64,000 nucleotides of DNA from the human T2T-CHM13v2.0 reference genome, Homo sapiens (GCF_009914755.1 NC_060941.1); one strand, 5' to 3'; positions 22,784-39,909 are shown, counted from the first letter of the stretch. Program-made: numbers and translations. Notes: generated from the sequence alone by a model not told the origin.

Positions 22784-23311
22784 TGAACTCCTGACCTCAG
22801 GTGATCCACCCGCATCGGCCTCCCAAAGTGCTGGTATTATAGGCCTGGCTGAAATGAAGTATTTTCATTCACAAAAGGTTTCTTTTCTTTGAAAACCATG
22901 AATGGTAATGCAGGTTGAAACCCTTTAAAGCCTCTTTATTCTCTTTTCAAAGCTGTGAAAGAGCTTATGTTTGTATATTTGCGTATTTCTGAATATTTGT
23001 ATGTAATTATTACTTTCATGTTCCCTTATAACTGACCTTTAGGCAGTATAGAGAAGGAGGAGACATTAGGGTGGGGAATAGTGTGAGGAACAAAAGGGCA
23101 TTCTTAATATTGACCTCAAATAAAAATTATTGCAGTCTGCTGACTGGCATTAGTAAACCCATACATAAAATACGTTTAAAAAATTACTTAAGCTGGGCAC
23201 AGTGGCTCATGCCTGTAATCCCAGCACTTTGGGAGGCTGAGTTGGGCAGATAACCTGAGGTCAGGAGTTTGAGACCAGACTGACCAACATGGAGATACCC
23301 CATCTCTACTA

Positions 23312-23565
<254 letters not shown>

Positions 23566-23590
23566 TCATGAGGTCAGGAGATCGAGACTA

Positions 23591-23881
<291 letters not shown>

Positions 23882-24816
23882 TTAACCCATTGGCCCTGCC
23901 CAAATATGGGAAAATATTTAGGTTAATTCAGAATAATTAGTATTGTTGGCTCTGATCTAACAACTAACAAAAGACAGATTTCTGCCCAAGAAATTGTTTT
24001 TGGTTTGTTTTATTTACCTTAATTGACATAAAGGTGAGTACTCCTGACTATATTTAATTTACATCATTATTAAAGTTGTCTCATGTTTAGTAACATAGAG
24101 ATAAATTTAATTATAATGTGGTTAATGTTGAACAGTCAGAGACTTAATCACATTTAGACAAGGCATTTGAGACTAGATTTGTCTGTAAACATGTCAGCTT
24201 CCATTTGAATTCTCACATAAATTAGTCTTTGTTTTGGGATGGAGATAGTGGAAAAGCCTTTGTTTAAGTAAGATAGATTACTATGACACACATTTCTTTC
24301 TCTGTCCTTTGTTTAGGGCAAAACTAAATTTAGCTATGTTTTACAAGCTAAGATCTTTAAGAACGGAATGGGGAAGAGAGCAAAGAGTTTCAGAAAATTA
24401 AAACTTAGTTTTAGTTGCATTTTAGGCACAGTTTGTAATTAATTGTTTAATATTGGATTACAGGGTAGATGGGAGGAGAAAGTTGATCTCTGAAGCAGTG
24501 AACTTTTTTAAAGTATGTATTTTTAGGGGTAACCTCAATATCACATAACTGTTTTACGAACATGCAGGCCTTAGCAATACAAATTAACCTGGGGTACATC
24601 TAAGAAGTCTAAACAGTTGCCTGTGCTAACAGATACAATGTATTCCCACAGAATGCCAATAAAAAGAGAATTCCCTTCAGAAATGTTCAAGAAGAAAGTA
24701 GGGGAAGGGAAGCCAGCACACCTGTGGTGTCAGAATAATATTCTGTGCATTTAGGCTGGGTGTGGTGGCTCACGCCTGTAATCCCAGCACTTTGGGAGGC
24801 CGAGGCGGGTGGATCA

Positions 24817-25222
<406 letters not shown>

Positions 25223-25316
25223 CTAGAAATTCTTTGTCCTTTTCTTCAGTGTCCATTGGTCCTAAAGTCTATATATATATGTGTTTTTCAGTAAAGCATA
25301 TTCATATCTATGATTA

Positions 25317-25659
<343 letters not shown>

Positions 25660-25936
25660 TTATTTCCCTTTGTTTTTAACTCTAGACAAATTAAAGGAAA
25701 CATTCCTATGATAAGTATACTTTTATATAGCACTTCTAAGAAAGTTGTATATTCAGGCTGGGCGCAGTGGCTCACGCCTGTTATCACAGCACTTTGAGAG
25801 GCCGAGGCGGACAGATCACCTGAGGTCAGGAGATCGAGACCAGCCTGACCAACATGGAGAAACCCTGTCTCTACTAAAAATACAAAAAAAAAATTAGCTG
25901 GGCATGGTGGCGCATGCCTGTAGTCCTAGCTACTCA

Positions 25937-26041
<105 letters not shown>

Positions 26042-26791
26042 TCAAAAAAAAAAAAAAAAAAAAAGGAAAGGTGTTTATTTATAGGAGATTTTATTTCGGA
26101 GAAAGATCAGATAAATACGTCTTCATTTGCTGCTCTGCTTGGGCTTTTCAGAATCTATTAATATTTTGATACATTTGATTGAGAGTCCACTTGAGGAAAA
26201 TTTTACATGTTTGGGGGAGAGAGTATTTATGCTTTAACTCTGGACCTTGATAAAGTATTAAGACAATGATTTTATGAAATGTTATTACTTTGGAAGAGCT
26301 GGGTTTGATAGTAAGAATGTTCTTATCTGGAGGTGAGCGGCTATTCTGAGTATATGTAGATTTAGAGCACTACACTCAAAGTAGTGGTGCATATCTAGAT
26401 TGACATGAAGCGTTGTGAAAACAGCATTTTTAAAAACAATAAAGTGCCTTGGATAATTCTCATTTGTTTTCATCAATTGGGAATTTCCCTAACCATTCTC
26501 AGAATGGTCCCATGTGTACTACTTTTCTCAAATCACAGAGCAGTATCTAGTGTTTGCAGGATGGGTGCAAAGCAGCATTCTTCTGAGTTTCCATTATGAC
26601 CATTATGACATAGTTGCTTTAATGTTGTACTTTGCTTTAATGATGTGCTTTAATGTTGTAATGCTTTCCACACTACATACTCAGAAATTAGAATTTAGGA
26701 GATAGGATAAACCAAAAAACTACAAATTTGTTGCTTATCCTACTGAGATGCTACCATCCCCTCCAGTGGTTACACTGGTTTTCATTACTAG

Positions 26792-27261
<470 letters not shown>

Positions 27262-27782
27262 TTAATGGCATCTTAAAGCAATTTTTTGATGGTTCTTATG
27301 GAAAAATATGACTTTTATGAAAAATAGAGCGATTTCATCAGCATTATGTTATTACCAAAAGTAAATTAAAATGCACACAGAGAATGCGATACTTTTGATC
27401 TTCTCCATGTTTGAGTACAGAATAGTGGAAGAGTGAATGTGTGCCTATGGTTAATTTTGAGGGTTTGTTTTGAAATCTTGTTCCTTAATGTATCTTATTT
27501 TTGTTTACCTGCCAATGGATAGAAAATGCTTGTGACCACCTGAATTTTCACCCACTTGAATAGATTACTTTATAATTTCATCTATTACCCTGAAGACAGA
27601 ATTCAATGTCATTCTTACCTTTATATTGTCTTCTCACTCAGGTTCCTCCCATTAAACCTTAACACATAGTTCAGTAAATAGAAGGTGAACGAATTAGTGA
27701 ATGCATACCCCGTTTTTGCCATCCTACTAGCTTCATAAGAAGCCTAATATCACATGCATAGATTTGTTGAGTTCTGGGATAA

Positions 27783-28376
<594 letters not shown>

Positions 28377-29198
28377 AATGCATCTGGGAAATGAGGTTTT
28401 TCCAAACTTAGGATATAAGAGGGCTTTTTAAATTTGGTGCCGATGTTGAACTTTTTTTAAGGGGAGAAAATTAAAAGAAATATACAGTTTGACTTTTTGG
28501 AATTCAGCAGTTTTATCCTGGCCTTGTACTTGCTTGTATTGTAAATGTGGATTTTGTAGATGTTAGGGTATAAGTTGCTGTAAAATTTGTGTAAATTTGT
28601 ATCCACACAAATTCAGTCTCTGAATACACAGTATTCAGAGTCTCTGATACACAGTAATTGTGACAATAGGGCTAAATGTTTAAAGAAATCAAAAGAATCT
28701 ATTAGATTTTAGAAAAACATTTAAACTTTTTAAAATACTTATTAAAAAATTTGTATAAGCCACTTGTCTTGAAAACTGTGCAACTTTTTAAAGTAAATTA
28801 TTAAGCAGACTGGAAAAGTGATGTATTTTCATAGTGACCTGTGTTTCACTTAATGTTTCTTAGAGCCAAGTGTCTTTTAAACATTATTTTTTATTTCTGA
28901 TTTCATAATTCAGAACTAAATTTTTCATAGAAGTGTTGAGCCATGCTACAGTTAGTCTTGTCCCAATTAAAATACTATGCAGTATCTCTTACATCAGTAG
29001 CATTTTTCTAAAACCTTAGTCATCAGATATGCTTACTAAATCTTCAGCATAGAAGGAAGTGTGTTTGCCTAAAACAATCTAAAACAATTCCCTTCTTTTT
29101 CATCCCAGACCAATGGCATTATTAGGTCTTAAAGTAGTTACTCCCTTCTCGTGTTTGCTTAAAATATGTGAAGTTTTCCTTGCTATTTCAATAACAGA

Positions 29199-29209
29199 TG
29201 GTGCTGCTA
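29199..29209 (+). promoter_or_regulatory. Overlapping miR-29 (TGGTGCT, 7mer-m8) and miR-15/16 (TGCTGCTA, 8mer) seed sites
   Basis: Sequence tggtgctgcta. Both miRNA families are reported PPM1D regulators. Confidence 0.75.
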
Positions 29210-29278
29210 ATTCCCAACATTTCTTAAATTATTTTATATCATACAGTTTTCATTGATTATATGGGTATATATTCATCT

Positions 29279-29335
29279 AATAAATCAGTGAACTGTTCCT
29301 CATGTTGCTGAATTTGTAGTTGTTGGTTTATTTTA
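29279..29335 (+). terminator. PPM1D: Proximal poly(A) signal with GU/U-rich downstream element
   Basis: AATAAA 29279-29284, followed by tgttgctgaatttgtagttgttggtttatttt. Confidence 0.75.
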
Positions 29336-29345
29336 ATGGTATGTA

Positions 29346-29566
29346 CAAGTTGAGTATCCCTTATCCAAAATGCTTGGGACCAGAAGTGTTTCAGATTTTT
29401 TAAAATTTTGGAATATTTGCTTTATACTGAGCTTTTGAGTGTTCCCAATCTGAAATTCAAAATGCTCTAATGAGCATTTCCTTTGAGCATCATGCCTGCT
29501 CTGAAAAAGTTTCTGATTCTGGAGCATTTTGGATTTTGGATTTTCAGATTAGGGATGCTTAACCTG
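29346..29566. mobile_element. Tigger4a/MER46-type DNA transposon MITE in the 3'UTR
   Basis: TIRs caagttgagtatcccttatcc / tagggatgcttaacctg, with a TA on the left flank. Confidence 0.85.
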
Positions 29567-29624
29567 GATTAACATTCTGTTGTGCCATGATCATGCTTTA
29601 CAGTGAGTGTATTTTATTTATTTA

Positions 29625-30331
29625 TTATTTTGTTTGTTTGTTTGAGATGGAGTCTCACTCTGTCATCCAGGCTAGAGTGCAGTGGCGTGATCTCGGCTGA
29701 CTGCAACCTCTGCCTCCCGGGTTCAAGTGATTCTCCTGCCTCAATCTCTCTCCCCAGAAGCTGGGATTACAGGTGTGTGCCACCACACCCGGCTAATTTT
29801 TTTTTTTTTTTTTGAGATGGAGTCTAGCTCTGTCATCCAGGCTGGAGTGCAGTGGTGTGATCTCGGCTCCCTGCAACCTCTGCCTTCTGGGTTCCTGCGA
29901 TTCTCCTGCCTCAGCCTCCTGAGTAGCTGAGATTACAGGCACGCGCCACTGTGCCCAGCCAATTTTTGTATTTTTAGTAGAGATGGGGTTTCACATGTCA
30001 GTCATGCTGGTCTTGATCTCCTGACCTCGTGATCCACCCGCCTCGACCTCCCAAAGTACTGGGATTACAGGCGTGAGCCACCGCATCCGGCCTGAGTTTT
30101 ATGCTTTCAATGTATTTCTTACATTTCAGTTCAAGTGATTTTCATGTCTCAGCCTCCTGAGTAGCTGGAACTACAGGTGCGTGCCACCATGCCTGGCTAA
30201 GTTTTGTATTTTTAGTAGAGATGGGTTTTCATCATGTTGGCCAAGATGGTCTTGATCTCTTGACCTCATGATCCACCAGCCTAGGCCTCCCAAAGTGCTG
30301 GGATTACAGGTGTGAGCCACCGTGCCCAGCC
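29625..30331 (-). mobile_element. Three antisense Alu segments in the long PPM1D 3'UTR
   Basis: All are in minus orientation. Confidence 0.9.
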
Positions 30332-30407
30332 AACTATGCCATTATTTAACCATGTCCACACATTCTGGTTATTTTCAATATTTTGCAGAAGATAATTCTT
30401 GATCGGT

Positions 30408-30910
30408 GTGTCTTATGCCACAAGGATTAAAATATGTATTCATTGCTACAAAACAATATCTCGAAATTTAGCAGTTTAAAACAACAAATATTATCTCCAG
30501 TTTCTGAGCCTCAGAAATCTGAGAGTGGTTTAGCTGGGTGATAGTCTCGTGGTTTTGGTCAAGCTACCAACCAGGGCTACAATCTTTCGAAGGTGTCATT
30601 GGGGCTAGAAGATCTGCTTCCCGCAAGACTCACAGCTGTTGGCAGGAGACCTCAGTTTGTTGCCACATGTTCCCCTCCAGAGGGCCTCTCACAACATGGC
30701 AGTTATTTGTCCCCAGAGCAAGCAACACCGGAGGGCAAGGAAGAAGCCATGATGTTTTTTGTAACCTAGCCTCTGAAAGTGTCATACCAATTCTGTATTT
30801 TGTTGGTCACACAGACCAAGTCAACTACAACGTGGGAGACTCCTACACAAGGCATGAATTCTAGGAGGTGGGCATTTTTAAGTGTCATCTGGAAGGAGGC
30901 TGTCACAACC
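30408..30910 (-). mobile_element. MLT1-family MaLR LTR within the long PPM1D 3'UTR
   Basis: tttagcagtttaaaacaacaaa, acaacatggcag and tacacaaggcatgaat motifs. Confidence 0.7.
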
Positions 30911-31082
30911 TGGAAGTTAAAAGCATTGATATTCTGAAATACAGCGTGTATAACATTGTTTTAGTAGGGTGTGCAATAGTTATGTTTTGGTAATAGCATT
31001 AATGAACAATGTTATTTTCATCTTCCAGACATCTGGAAGATTGCTCTAGTGGAGTAAAACATCTTAATGTATTTTGTCCCTA

Positions 31083-31130
31083 AATAAACTATCTCACTAA
31101 CAAAGTTGAGAATAATTTTTTTTTTTTTTA
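31083..31130 (+). terminator. PPM1D: Distal poly(A) signal
   Basis: AATAAA 31083-31088, upstream TGTA, downstream T-run. Confidence 0.7.
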
Positions 31131-31722
31131 ACAGGGTCTCACTGTCCCCAGGCTGATGTGGAGTGCAGTGGCAAAATCATAGGTCACTGTAACCTTTAAC
31201 TCCTGGGTTCAAGTGATCCTCCCATCTCAGCTTCCTGAGTAGCTGGGACTACAGGTGCATATCACCACACCTGGTGGATTTTAAAAATTTCCTTAGAGAC
31301 AAGGTCTCACTGTGTTGCTCAGGCTGGTCTTAAATTCCTGGCCTCAAGTGATCCTCCTGCCTCGGCCTCCCAAAGTGCTAGGCAAATTTTAATCTTAGAG
31401 ACAAAATATTTAGGCAGTATTAGTGGTTGCATTAGGGATTACAATGTACATACACTTATAGACTACTTAGAATCAATGTTCTATGACTAAAAGTGGAATG
31501 TAGGAACGTTACTAGCCAGGTGTGGTGGCATGTGCCTGTAGTCCCAGCTACTCTGGAGTCTGAGGTAGGAGGATCACTTGGGCCCAGGGGGTTGAGGCTT
31601 CAGTGAGCCGTGATCACACCACTGCACACCAGCCTGGGCAACAGAGTGAGACACTGCCTCAAAAATAAATAATAAAAGTAACAAAAGTTTTAGCAAAAGG
31701 AAAAAAAGTTAAAAGAAAGCAA

Positions 31723-32259
<537 letters not shown>

Positions 32260-32540
32260 CTAGGCTGGGCACGGAATATGCCTGTATTCCCAGCACTTTG
32301 AGAGGCTAAGGTGGGTGGATCACTTAAGGTTAGGAGTTTGAGACCATTCTGGCCAACATGGTGAAACCCTGTCTCTACTAAAAATACAAAAATTAGCCAG
32401 GCATGGTGGTGGATGCCTGTAGTCCAGCTACTCAGGAGGCCGAGGCAGAAGAGTCACTTGAACTCGGGAGGCGGAGGTTGAATTGAGCCGAGATCGGGCC
32501 ACTGCACTCCAGCCTTCGCAACAGAGTAAGACCCTGACTC

Positions 32541-32557
32541 TAATAATAATAATAATA

Positions 32558-32591
<34 letters not shown>
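32541..32591. repeat. (TAA)~17 STR derived from an Alu tail
   Basis: Read directly from the sequence. Confidence 0.95.
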
Positions 32592-32978
32592 TAAAGATGG
32601 CTTTAAAACATCCTAAGTCTAATGAGTCATAAACCTACAAATTCAAGCTCAGCAAATCCCCAAACAGAAAACATTAAGAAATCCTGACATAACCAAATTG
32701 CTAAAAACTAAAGAGAAAAACAATCTTGAAAGCCACCAGAGGGAAAATATAATGCATACTGACATACACAGGACTAATTTAAATGACTGCATATTTCTCT
32801 TCAGAAACCATGATAGGGCCGGGCATGGTAGCTCCACCTGTAATCCCAGCACTTTGGGAGGCCGAGGTGGGTGGATCACTTGAAGTCAGGAGTTTGAGAC
32901 CAGCCTGGCCAACACGGTCAAACCCCATCTCTACTAAAAGTAAAAAAATTAGCCAGGCATGATGGCGTATGCCTGTAA

Positions 32979-33239
<261 letters not shown>

Positions 33240-33594
33240 TGAGTAGCTGGGACTACAGGTGCGCACCACCATGCCCGGCTAATTTTTGTATTTTTAGTAG
33301 AAACGGGGTTTCACCATGTTGGCCAGGCTGGTCTCAAACTCCTGACCTCAGGTGACACACCCACCTTGGCCTCCCAAAATGCTGGATTACAGGCATGCGC
33401 CACCATGCCTGACCACCTTGTGTATTTTTTAAAACAGTTGATAAAACTAAGGTTTGAGGGCTGGCCGTGGTAGCTCATGCCTGTAATCCCGGCACTTTGG
33501 AAGACCGAGGCAGGTGGATCACCTGAGCTCAGGAGTGTGAGACCAGCTCTGCCAACATGCTGAAAACACATCTCTACTAAAAATACAAAAATTA

Positions 33595-33831
<237 letters not shown>

Positions 33832-34134
33832 CTATGGTTGTTTTTTTTGGGTTTTTTTTTGGAGAGACAGGGTCTCATTTGGTTTCCCAGTGTGGAGTGC
33901 AGTAGCACAATCACAACTCACTGCAGCTTTGAACTCTTGGACTCCAGTGATCCTGCTGCCTCAGCCTCCCGAGCAGTTAGGACTAAAGGCATGGGCCACC
34001 ACGCTCAGCTAAGTTTTACTTTTTTTGTAGAGATGGGGTCTCACTACGTTGACCAGGCTGGTCTCAAACTCCTAGGCTCAAGCAATCCTCCCGCCTCAGC
34101 CACCCAAAGTATTGGGATTCCAGGCCTGAGCTAC

Positions 34135-34764
34135 TGTTACTGGAAAGGGGTCCTGATCCAGACCCCAAGACAGGGTTCTTGGCTCTTGCACAAGAAAAAA
34201 TTCGGGGTGAGTCCATAAACTGGAAGCAAGTTTATTAGGAAAGTAAAGGAGTAAAGAATGCCTCTTCCATAGACAGAGCAGCAGGATGAGCTGCTAGTTG
34301 GCCATTTTTATGGTTATTTCTTGATTATATACTAAACAAGGGGTGGATTATTTATGACTTTTCCGGGAAAGGGGTGGGCAATTCTCGAAACTGAGGGTTC
34401 CTCGCCTTTTTAGACCGCATATGGTAACCCCCCTGACACTGCCATGGTATTTGTAAACTATCCTGGCCCTGGTAGGAGTGTCTTTTAGCATGCTAATGTA
34501 TTATAATTCGTGTATAATGAGCAGTGAGGATAACCAGAGGTCACTCTTGTTGCCATCTTGGTTTTGGTGGGTTTTGGCAGGCTTCTTTCCCGCAACCTGT
34601 TTTATTAGTTAAGGTCTTTATGACCTGTATCTTGTACTGACCTCCTATCTGATCCTGTGACTTAAAAGGCCTAACCTCCTGGGAATGCAGCCCAGTAGGT
34701 CTCAGCCTCATTTTACATAGCCCCTCTTCAAGATGGAGTTGCTCCAGTTCAAAGGCCTCTGACA
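34135..34764 (-). mobile_element. MER41B solo LTR (ERV1), full length
   Basis: Termini tgttactggaaagggg...cctctgaca match the MER41B consensus as recalled. 4-bp TSD ctac/ccac; inserted within the 5' end of a minus-strand Alu. Confidence 0.92.
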
Positions 34765-35319
34765 CCACCGTGCCTGGGCAATAGTAGGAGCTCCGACATT
34801 TAATTGTTCCTGTTAGTGAATAGAGCATCATGGAGAATAAATGAAACAAATAAATAATCGTTTCTGGTAAAGAGATTTTGTTACATTTCAGTTACAGGCA
34901 ATAGAATTATAAGCAGTTACAAAGCAGCACTGATGTGTCAAAGATAAAGAATGACCACACTTGGCCTGGCTGTGGCTCACTCCTGTACTGCAACTGCAAC
35001 TCCCAACAGTTTGGGAGGCGAAGGCAGGCAGATTGGTTGAACCCAGGAGTTTGAGACCAGCCTGGGTAACAAAGTGAGACCCTGTCTTTACAAAAAAAAT
35101 TTAAAAATTAGCTGGGTGTGGTGGTACGCACCTGGGCTGAGGCAGGAGGATCCCTTGAACCGAGAAGGTTGAGGCTGCAGTGAATTCTGATTGCACCACT
35201 GTACTCTAGCCTGAGTGACAGGGATGACCATACTTAATAGTTTGCCCGGAGCAGTCCTAGTTTACTTTTTTTTTTTTTTTTGGTGTAATTATTAGAAGAG
35301 CCTCATTTCACTGTCCTGA

Positions 35320-35815
<496 letters not shown>

Positions 35816-36715
35816 TAGAAAGCATGATTACCTAGTACCTAGTATTCAGGATGGACAAATGGCAGGCACTAATTGTAATCAATAGAGGTGAGGTGATAGG
35901 AGTTTGGATTATGTTGGTTTTGCTAGTCTATGAATTTTGGGATTCTACTTTGGGTAGTGTTTAGAAATTGGGACCTAATGAATGCATCAGAAAAAGTCAA
36001 TATCATGAGTAATCAATATATTTTTATCTTACAAGATAAAATCCTAGCTACAGCTAGAGGATTTTAGAGAAAAGTGATGAGGTTTTATTTTTTAAACTTT
36101 TTAAAATACTTCGCTGAAAATTAAAATACTAATGTTCACCACAGTTTTGTGTGAAAACAGGTTGTTTCCCTGCTGCTGAAATTACAGGATCATTATTCAA
36201 GTGTTTTTGGTGGCCTGGGTCAGTGAGGCAATAGCTTAAGGCTTAAAAAACAAACAACAAACAAACCAAAAGAAGAATCCTAACCAAAGCAAAAACACAC
36301 CAGAAAGTACACACTGATCTTGAAATTTGGTTTGCATATGGACAGCTCCCTGATTATTCTCTAGGGATTTTGATTTTTTGTTCTGTAGGGTCATATGAGA
36401 GGCAATCTTGGTCATTAGTAATTTACTATACTGGGCCAAGGAAGCAATTGGAAGAACAAAGAACTCCCTTAAAGTTACTCTTTTCCATTAAAGATGAGTT
36501 TCGTAGCTGGGATTGCTAGGTAGCAAGAACAAATAGTTCACTGAAGAGTTTCTCCATGTCTCTGTACTTTGAAGTGACTCATGAGCTGGCAGTATGTACA
36601 AAGCACCCACTAGTTTCTTCCATTAAAAAATATGATCACCACACGTTTTATCTCCAGTGAAGGCTCATAAGAGAATCTCAAACCATCTTTGTGGATAATA
36701 AAATGGGGTAATTAG

Positions 36716-37151
<436 letters not shown>

Positions 37152-37550
37152 TAGCCATGATGATCTCTATCTCCTGACTTCGTGATCCGCCCGCCTCGGC
37201 TTCCCAAAGTGCTGGGATTACAGGCGTGAGCCACCGCGCCCGGCCCTTAGAGACGGGGTTTCTCCACGTTGGTCAGGCTGGTCTCGAACTCATGACCGCA
37301 GGTGATCCGCCTGCCTCAGCCTCCCAAAGTGCTGGGATTACAGGTATGAGCCACTGCGCCCGGTGCATTTGGAGAAATTTCTACTTTGATCTAAGAACTT
37401 TAAATTTGGGCTGGGCGGATGACTCACGCCTGTAATCCCAGCACTTTGGGAGGCTGAGGCGGGCACATGGCTTGAGCTCGAGTTCGAGACCAGCCTGGGC
37501 AACATGGTGAAACTCCATCTCTAGAAAAAATACAAAAATGGCCGGGCTCA

Positions 37551-37808
<258 letters not shown>

Positions 37809-39237
37809 CTAAATTAAAAAAAAAAAAAAAGAAAGAGAAAAAAAGAAAAAGAAAATAAAAAATACAAAAATTACCAGGAGTGGTGGTGCAGGTCTGCCGT
37901 CCCAGCTACTCAGGAGGCTGAGGTGGGAGGATCACTTGAGTCTGGGAAGTCAAGGTAGCAGTGAGCTATGATTGTGTCACTGCACTCCAGCCTGGGAGAC
38001 AGACTGACACTCTGTCTCAAAAAAAAAAAAAAAAAAAAGAAAGAAAGAAAAAATGGCCAGGCGCAGTGGTGGCTCACGTCTGTAATCCCAGCACTTTGGG
38101 AGGCCGAGTCAGGCAGATCACGAGATGAGGAGTTCCAGACCAGCCTGGCCAATATGGTGAAACCAGACCAGCCTGGCCAATATGGTGAAACCCCGTCTCT
38201 ACTAAAAATACAAAAATTAGCCAGGCATGGTGGTGCACACCTGTAGTCCCAGCTACTCAGGAGGCTGAGGCAAAAAGAACTGCTTTAACTCGGGAGGTGG
38301 AGGTTGCAGTGAGCCCACATCGTGCCACTGCACTCCAGCTTAGGTGACAGAGTGAGACTCTGTCTCAAAAGAAAAAAAAAAAAGAAAAAAAAACTTATTT
38401 AGTCATAAAAAGCCTATGGGGTCGGGTGCAGTGGTTCACACCTGTAATCCCAGCACTTTGGGAGGCTGAGATGGGAGAATCACTTGAGCTCCGGAGTTCA
38501 AGATCAGCCTGGGCAACATAGGGAGGCCCTGTCTCTACAGAAAAAAATTTTTTAATTAGCCAGCATGTTGGTGTGTGCCTGTAAACCCAGCTACTTAGGA
38601 GGCTGAGGTGGGAGGATCACATGAGCCGAGGAGTTGGAGGTTGCAGTGAGCTATGATTGCACTACTGCACACCAGCCTGGGTAACAGCAAAACTGCCCCC
38701 CTCTGACGCCCCTGCTAAAAAGAAAGCCTATGAGGCTCATAATATTCTTTTTTTTTGGAGACGGAGTCTTGCTCTGTTGCCCAGGCTGGAGTGCAGTGGC
38801 GCGATCTCGGCTCACTGCAAGCTCTGCCTCCCAGGTTCTCGCCATTCTCTGCCTCAGCCTACCGAGTAGCTGGGACTACAAGCGCCAGCCACCACGCCTG
38901 GCTAATTTTTTGTATTTTTAGTAGAGATGGAGTTTCACCATTAGGATGGTTTCGATCTCCTGACCTCATGATCCGCCCTCCTCGGCCTCCCAACGTGTTG
39001 GGATTACAGGCCTGAGCCACCGCGCCCCGCCCATATTATTCCTTCTACAATTTACAAAGGATGAAACAATGAAGGCACAGAAATTTACCAAGAAATGTAA
39101 AACTCAGCTAGTGTTCATCCTATTTGTAAATGGCACCACTCAGCTGATCAAGCCCAAAACACAGAAAACATCTTTTTTTTTTTTTCTCTAACACCTTTAA
39201 GGTTTCTTGGATTTGAACATCCTTGATTCTTTCCCTT

Positions 39238-39900
39238 TGGGTCCGGAGTTGGTTCCTTCCGGTGGATTCGTGGTCTGACTTCAAGAACGAAGCCGAGGAC
39301 CTTCTCGTTGAGTGTTATAGCTCTTAAAGGTGGCATGGACCCAAAGAATGAGCAGCAGCAAGATTTATTGTAAAGAAGGAAACAACAAAGCTTTTAGCTT
39401 TCCACAGAGTGGAAGGGGCCTGGAGCAGGTTGCCGCTGCTGGGGGGAGTGGCCAGCTTTTATTCCCTTATTGTCCCCGCCCATGTTCCGTTTCTGTCCTA
39501 GCACAGTGCCCTTTCTTCAATCTTCCCCACGATTGGCTTTTAGACTCCTGCTGATTGGTACGTTTTACAGAGCACTGATTGGTGCATTTTACAGAGCACT
39601 GATTGGTGCATTTTACAGAGTGCTGATTGGTGCATTTTACAATCCTCTTGCTAGCTACAGAGCGTTGATTGGTGCGTTTTTACAGATCACTGAATGGTGC
39701 ATTTTACAATCCCCTTGCTAGCTACAGAGTGCTGATTGGTGCACCTTACAATCCCCTTGCTAGCTACAGAGTGCTGATTGGTGCGTTTTCCAATCCTAGC
39801 TACAGAGTGCTGACTGGTGTGTTTTACAATCCTCTCCTAAGACAGAAAAGTTCTCCAAGTCCCCACTCTACCCAGGAAGTCCAGCTGGCTTCACCTCTCA
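39238..39900 (-). mobile_element. LTR12-family (ERV9) solo LTR, full length
   Basis: Minus strand begins TGAGAGGTGAAGCCAGCTGG. Tandem gtgctgattggtgcattttaca repeats; AATAAA boxes at 39458 and 39364 (minus strand); perfect 4-bp TSD cctt (39234-37 and 39901-04). Confidence 0.92.
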
Positions 39901-39909
39901 CCTTCATCC

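Larger units (their letters stand above)
28377..31105 (+). other. PPM1D: PPM1D 3'UTR (long form; short form ends near 29305)
   Basis: AU-rich unique sequence after the stop, with AATAAA at 29279 and 31083. End positions are estimated from the signals. Confidence 0.8.

Noticed and set aside
39530-39830. CRISPR-like or novel repeat array
   Set aside because: These are the known U3 CCAAT tandem repeats of LTR12/ERV9. There are no unique spacers or cas genes, and the DNA is human.
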